Origin: Malacoraja senta
Taxonomy: Eukaryota
Length of the DNA stretch: 64,000 bases
Direction: 5' to 3'
NCBI GenBank assembly: GCA_038087875.1
Contig: CM075987.1
Location: 22,818,001-22,882,000, forward strand
Of the stretch, positions 61,892 through 64,000 are shown piece after piece. The notes below the pieces were generated by a model, which searched no databases, was not told the origin of the DNA, and was given only the letters and a program-made list of their open reading frames with translations. Position 1 is the stretch's first letter. Every line of letters starts with the position of its first letter. A program made the position numbers and the translations under genes.

Positions 61892-62587
61892 AGGGCCTGT
61901 CCCACTTACGTGTCCTTGGCACGCAAATTACGCGACCTCGTGGTCGCGTTGAGGCGCACGGGCATCGTATGGCCGCGCGGGGCCGGTCCCACTTAGAAGC
62001 GCGGAGGGGTATGTGGTTGTGAGCGACATCGCGCGGGGCTCCGAAATTTTTGTAGCGAACAAAATCTTCGCGCGCCAACGGCCTGTCGCGGAACTGACGG
62101 CCAAAGTGGGACAGGCCCAGGACCCTGGCACGACGCAACGTCTCACCTTCAACAGCAGCAGAAGCAGGCAAACGATCGCCGAACTCGGCCTGGGGCTCAC
62201 GGCCGTTGCTGATCCAGATCCTCCCCCACTTCTACTCCCAGAGCGGGGCCAAGAAAATTGAAGATGGAAACAAAATGCAGGAGTAACTCAGCGGGACCGG
62301 CAGCATCTCTGGAGAGAAGCAATGGGTGACGTTTCGGGTCAAGACCCTTCTTTTCAGACTGAAGAAGAGTCTCGACATGAAACATCACCCATTGCTTCTC
62401 TCCAGAGATGCTGCTGGTCTCGCTGAGTTACTCCAGCTTTGTGTCCATCTTCAAATGACGTCACGTGCTCCAGACGGCTGTGCGGGCGCATGAAATCGCA
62501 CCCGACCTTTGCGGGACCGTCGCGGCTCAACGCGACCACGAGGTCGCGGAATTTGCGTGGCAAGGACACGTAAGTGGGACAGGCCCT
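61892..62587. mobile_element. PIF/Harbinger-type MITE containing a nested palindromic Penelope-derived insertion (~62260-62452)
   Basis: ~62-bp TIRs (AGGGCCTGTCCCACTTACGTGTCCTTG...) with 2 mismatches; TGA TSD (61889-61891 / 62588-62590). Confidence 0.85.
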
Positions 62588-62680
62588 TGACTGATATTAT
62601 AAACACTCACTATTTGGGCATTCGCCCATGAAGATTGACCATGTGGCTGACACTGAAACCTTGATGTAAATGAACACTGA

Positions 62681-64000
62681 TCTTCTTCTTCTTGCGTATG
62701 GCGTGCACAGCCTAAAGTTGTAGGTCCAGGGTGGACATCCAGGCCAGGACAGCATCAGTTGCTGGGTGGATGGGCTTTGATGCCACCAGGGAAAAGCCTC
62801 AGTGGGCAGTCATTCGCGATGTGTGGGATGGTCTGGTCTGGATGTCCGCAGTCACAAGCAGGGCTGTCTGTCATCACCCACATGCAGGTGATGGTCTGGT
62901 CTGGATGTCCGCAGTCACAAGCAGGGCTGTCTGTCATCCCCCACTTATGCAGGTGATGGGCTGCATTGGGGGGGTGCGGATTCTGTTCAGGGTTAGCCAT
63001 TGCTTGCGATGGAGGTCAAATCCTGGTGGTTTCACTGTGGGGTCTGGGATGACCTCTCCGTTGTTGGTGTTGGCATCTTTCCAGGCTCTGCGCCACTCAG
63101 TCTTGGAGTCAAAGTCTACCAGGGATTTAACGGAAGACCAGAAGGGTTTGTGGGGCTTCAGGCGCATGTTGGGCAGATTGTTCAAGTCAGCATGGATGGG
63201 AAGGTGAGGGCTAACCTCGATGGGGCACCAATCTTTCAACATCCTCTCCCTTCTGCGTATGCTGGGAGGGCCGATATGAGAGAGGACAGGGAGCCACTGC
63301 AAAGGTGTTGACTTAAGCGTCCCTGTGATGACCCACATTGCAGAGTTAAGGACAGTGTCAACTCTTTGATGTGGTAGCTATTGGCCCAAGCTGTTGAGCA
63401 AAACTCAGCTGTTGAGTAGACTAGGGCGAAGCTTGCGGTACGGGGGGTGTGTGCATTGGATCCCCAGCTGTTGCCTGCAGGTTTCCTGATGAAGTTGACC
63501 CTTGCTTTCAGTTTATCAGCCACCCTCTTCAGGTGTTCACGATATGCGAGGGTACGATCCAGGGTGACTCCGAGCTACTTGGGGAATTCTTTATTCTTCA
63601 CCGGCTTACCACAAAAGGACACTCGGAGCTTTGCATTGGCGAGCCGATTGCTGAGGTGAAGGGCAGTGACAGTTGTCTTAGATGGGTTAGGGCAAAGTCG
63701 CCAGAAGGTGAAGTACTCCTCCATCCCCCTTCAAGTCTTGGGTTAGCACTCTGCTGATATCCTCAAGGGCAGCTACCTGGTAGGCGAGGGCAAGGTCATC
63801 TGCATATGCAAACTTCCTGGACGAGGTGGTTGGGCATGTCACTCACATCAATGTTGAAGAGTAGGGGAGCTAGGACAGAGCCCTGGGGGAGACCATCATG
63901 CAGGGTCCTGACAGAGGTGGTCTGGTTCCCAAGCGTGACACTAAGTCTCCAGGGGCTGAGGGTGGATGAGAGGGCACGCATGCTGGTTTGGCACTTCAAG
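62681..64000 (-). mobile_element. Frameshifted non-LTR retrotransposon of the I group (Vingi/Ingi-like), RT to 3' end
   Basis: GLPQGSVLAPLLFNI, KFAYADD (~63796-63816), AGNSWGSNA..ALVYSTAEFC..W, PLQWLPVLSHIGPP, PPGFDL..W.TLNRIRT, CDCG..QT..H...C; ends CATACGC(AAG)n. Confidence 0.8.

Overview
Repeat-rich vertebrate genomic DNA, most likely from a cartilaginous fish such as a skate or ray. That assignment is inferred from the repeat families present: tRNA-headed V-SINE/HE1-like SINEs, CR1 tails and Penelope-derived elements. The window covers part of the Surfeit region, and three spliced genes could be reconstructed by hand with GT-AG junctions and consistent phases. SURF2 (+, 6 coding exons, 18523-27065, 242 aa) lies tail-to-tail with SURF4 (-, 6 coding exons, 43352-30175, 269 aa). 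SURF4 is head-to-head with STKLD1/SgK071 (+, 11 coding exons from 47248, continuing past the window end). No SURF1 was seen in the 18.5 kb upstream of SURF2. The most striking non-genic signal is a dense family of about 20 short Penelope-derived insertions. Many have 8-18 bp target-site duplications and many are palindromic, and they carry a minimal hammerhead-ribozyme motif (CUGAAGA-stem-GAAAC-GUH). Other points: tandem arrays of CRE-like and CCAAT motifs between SURF4 and STKLD1, two oppositely oriented satellite arrays, PIF/Harbinger and hAT MITEs, and L1, CR1, Rex1-like and Vingi/Ingi-like LINE fragments. Gene and repeat identities rest on recalled sequence similarity; no database search was run.
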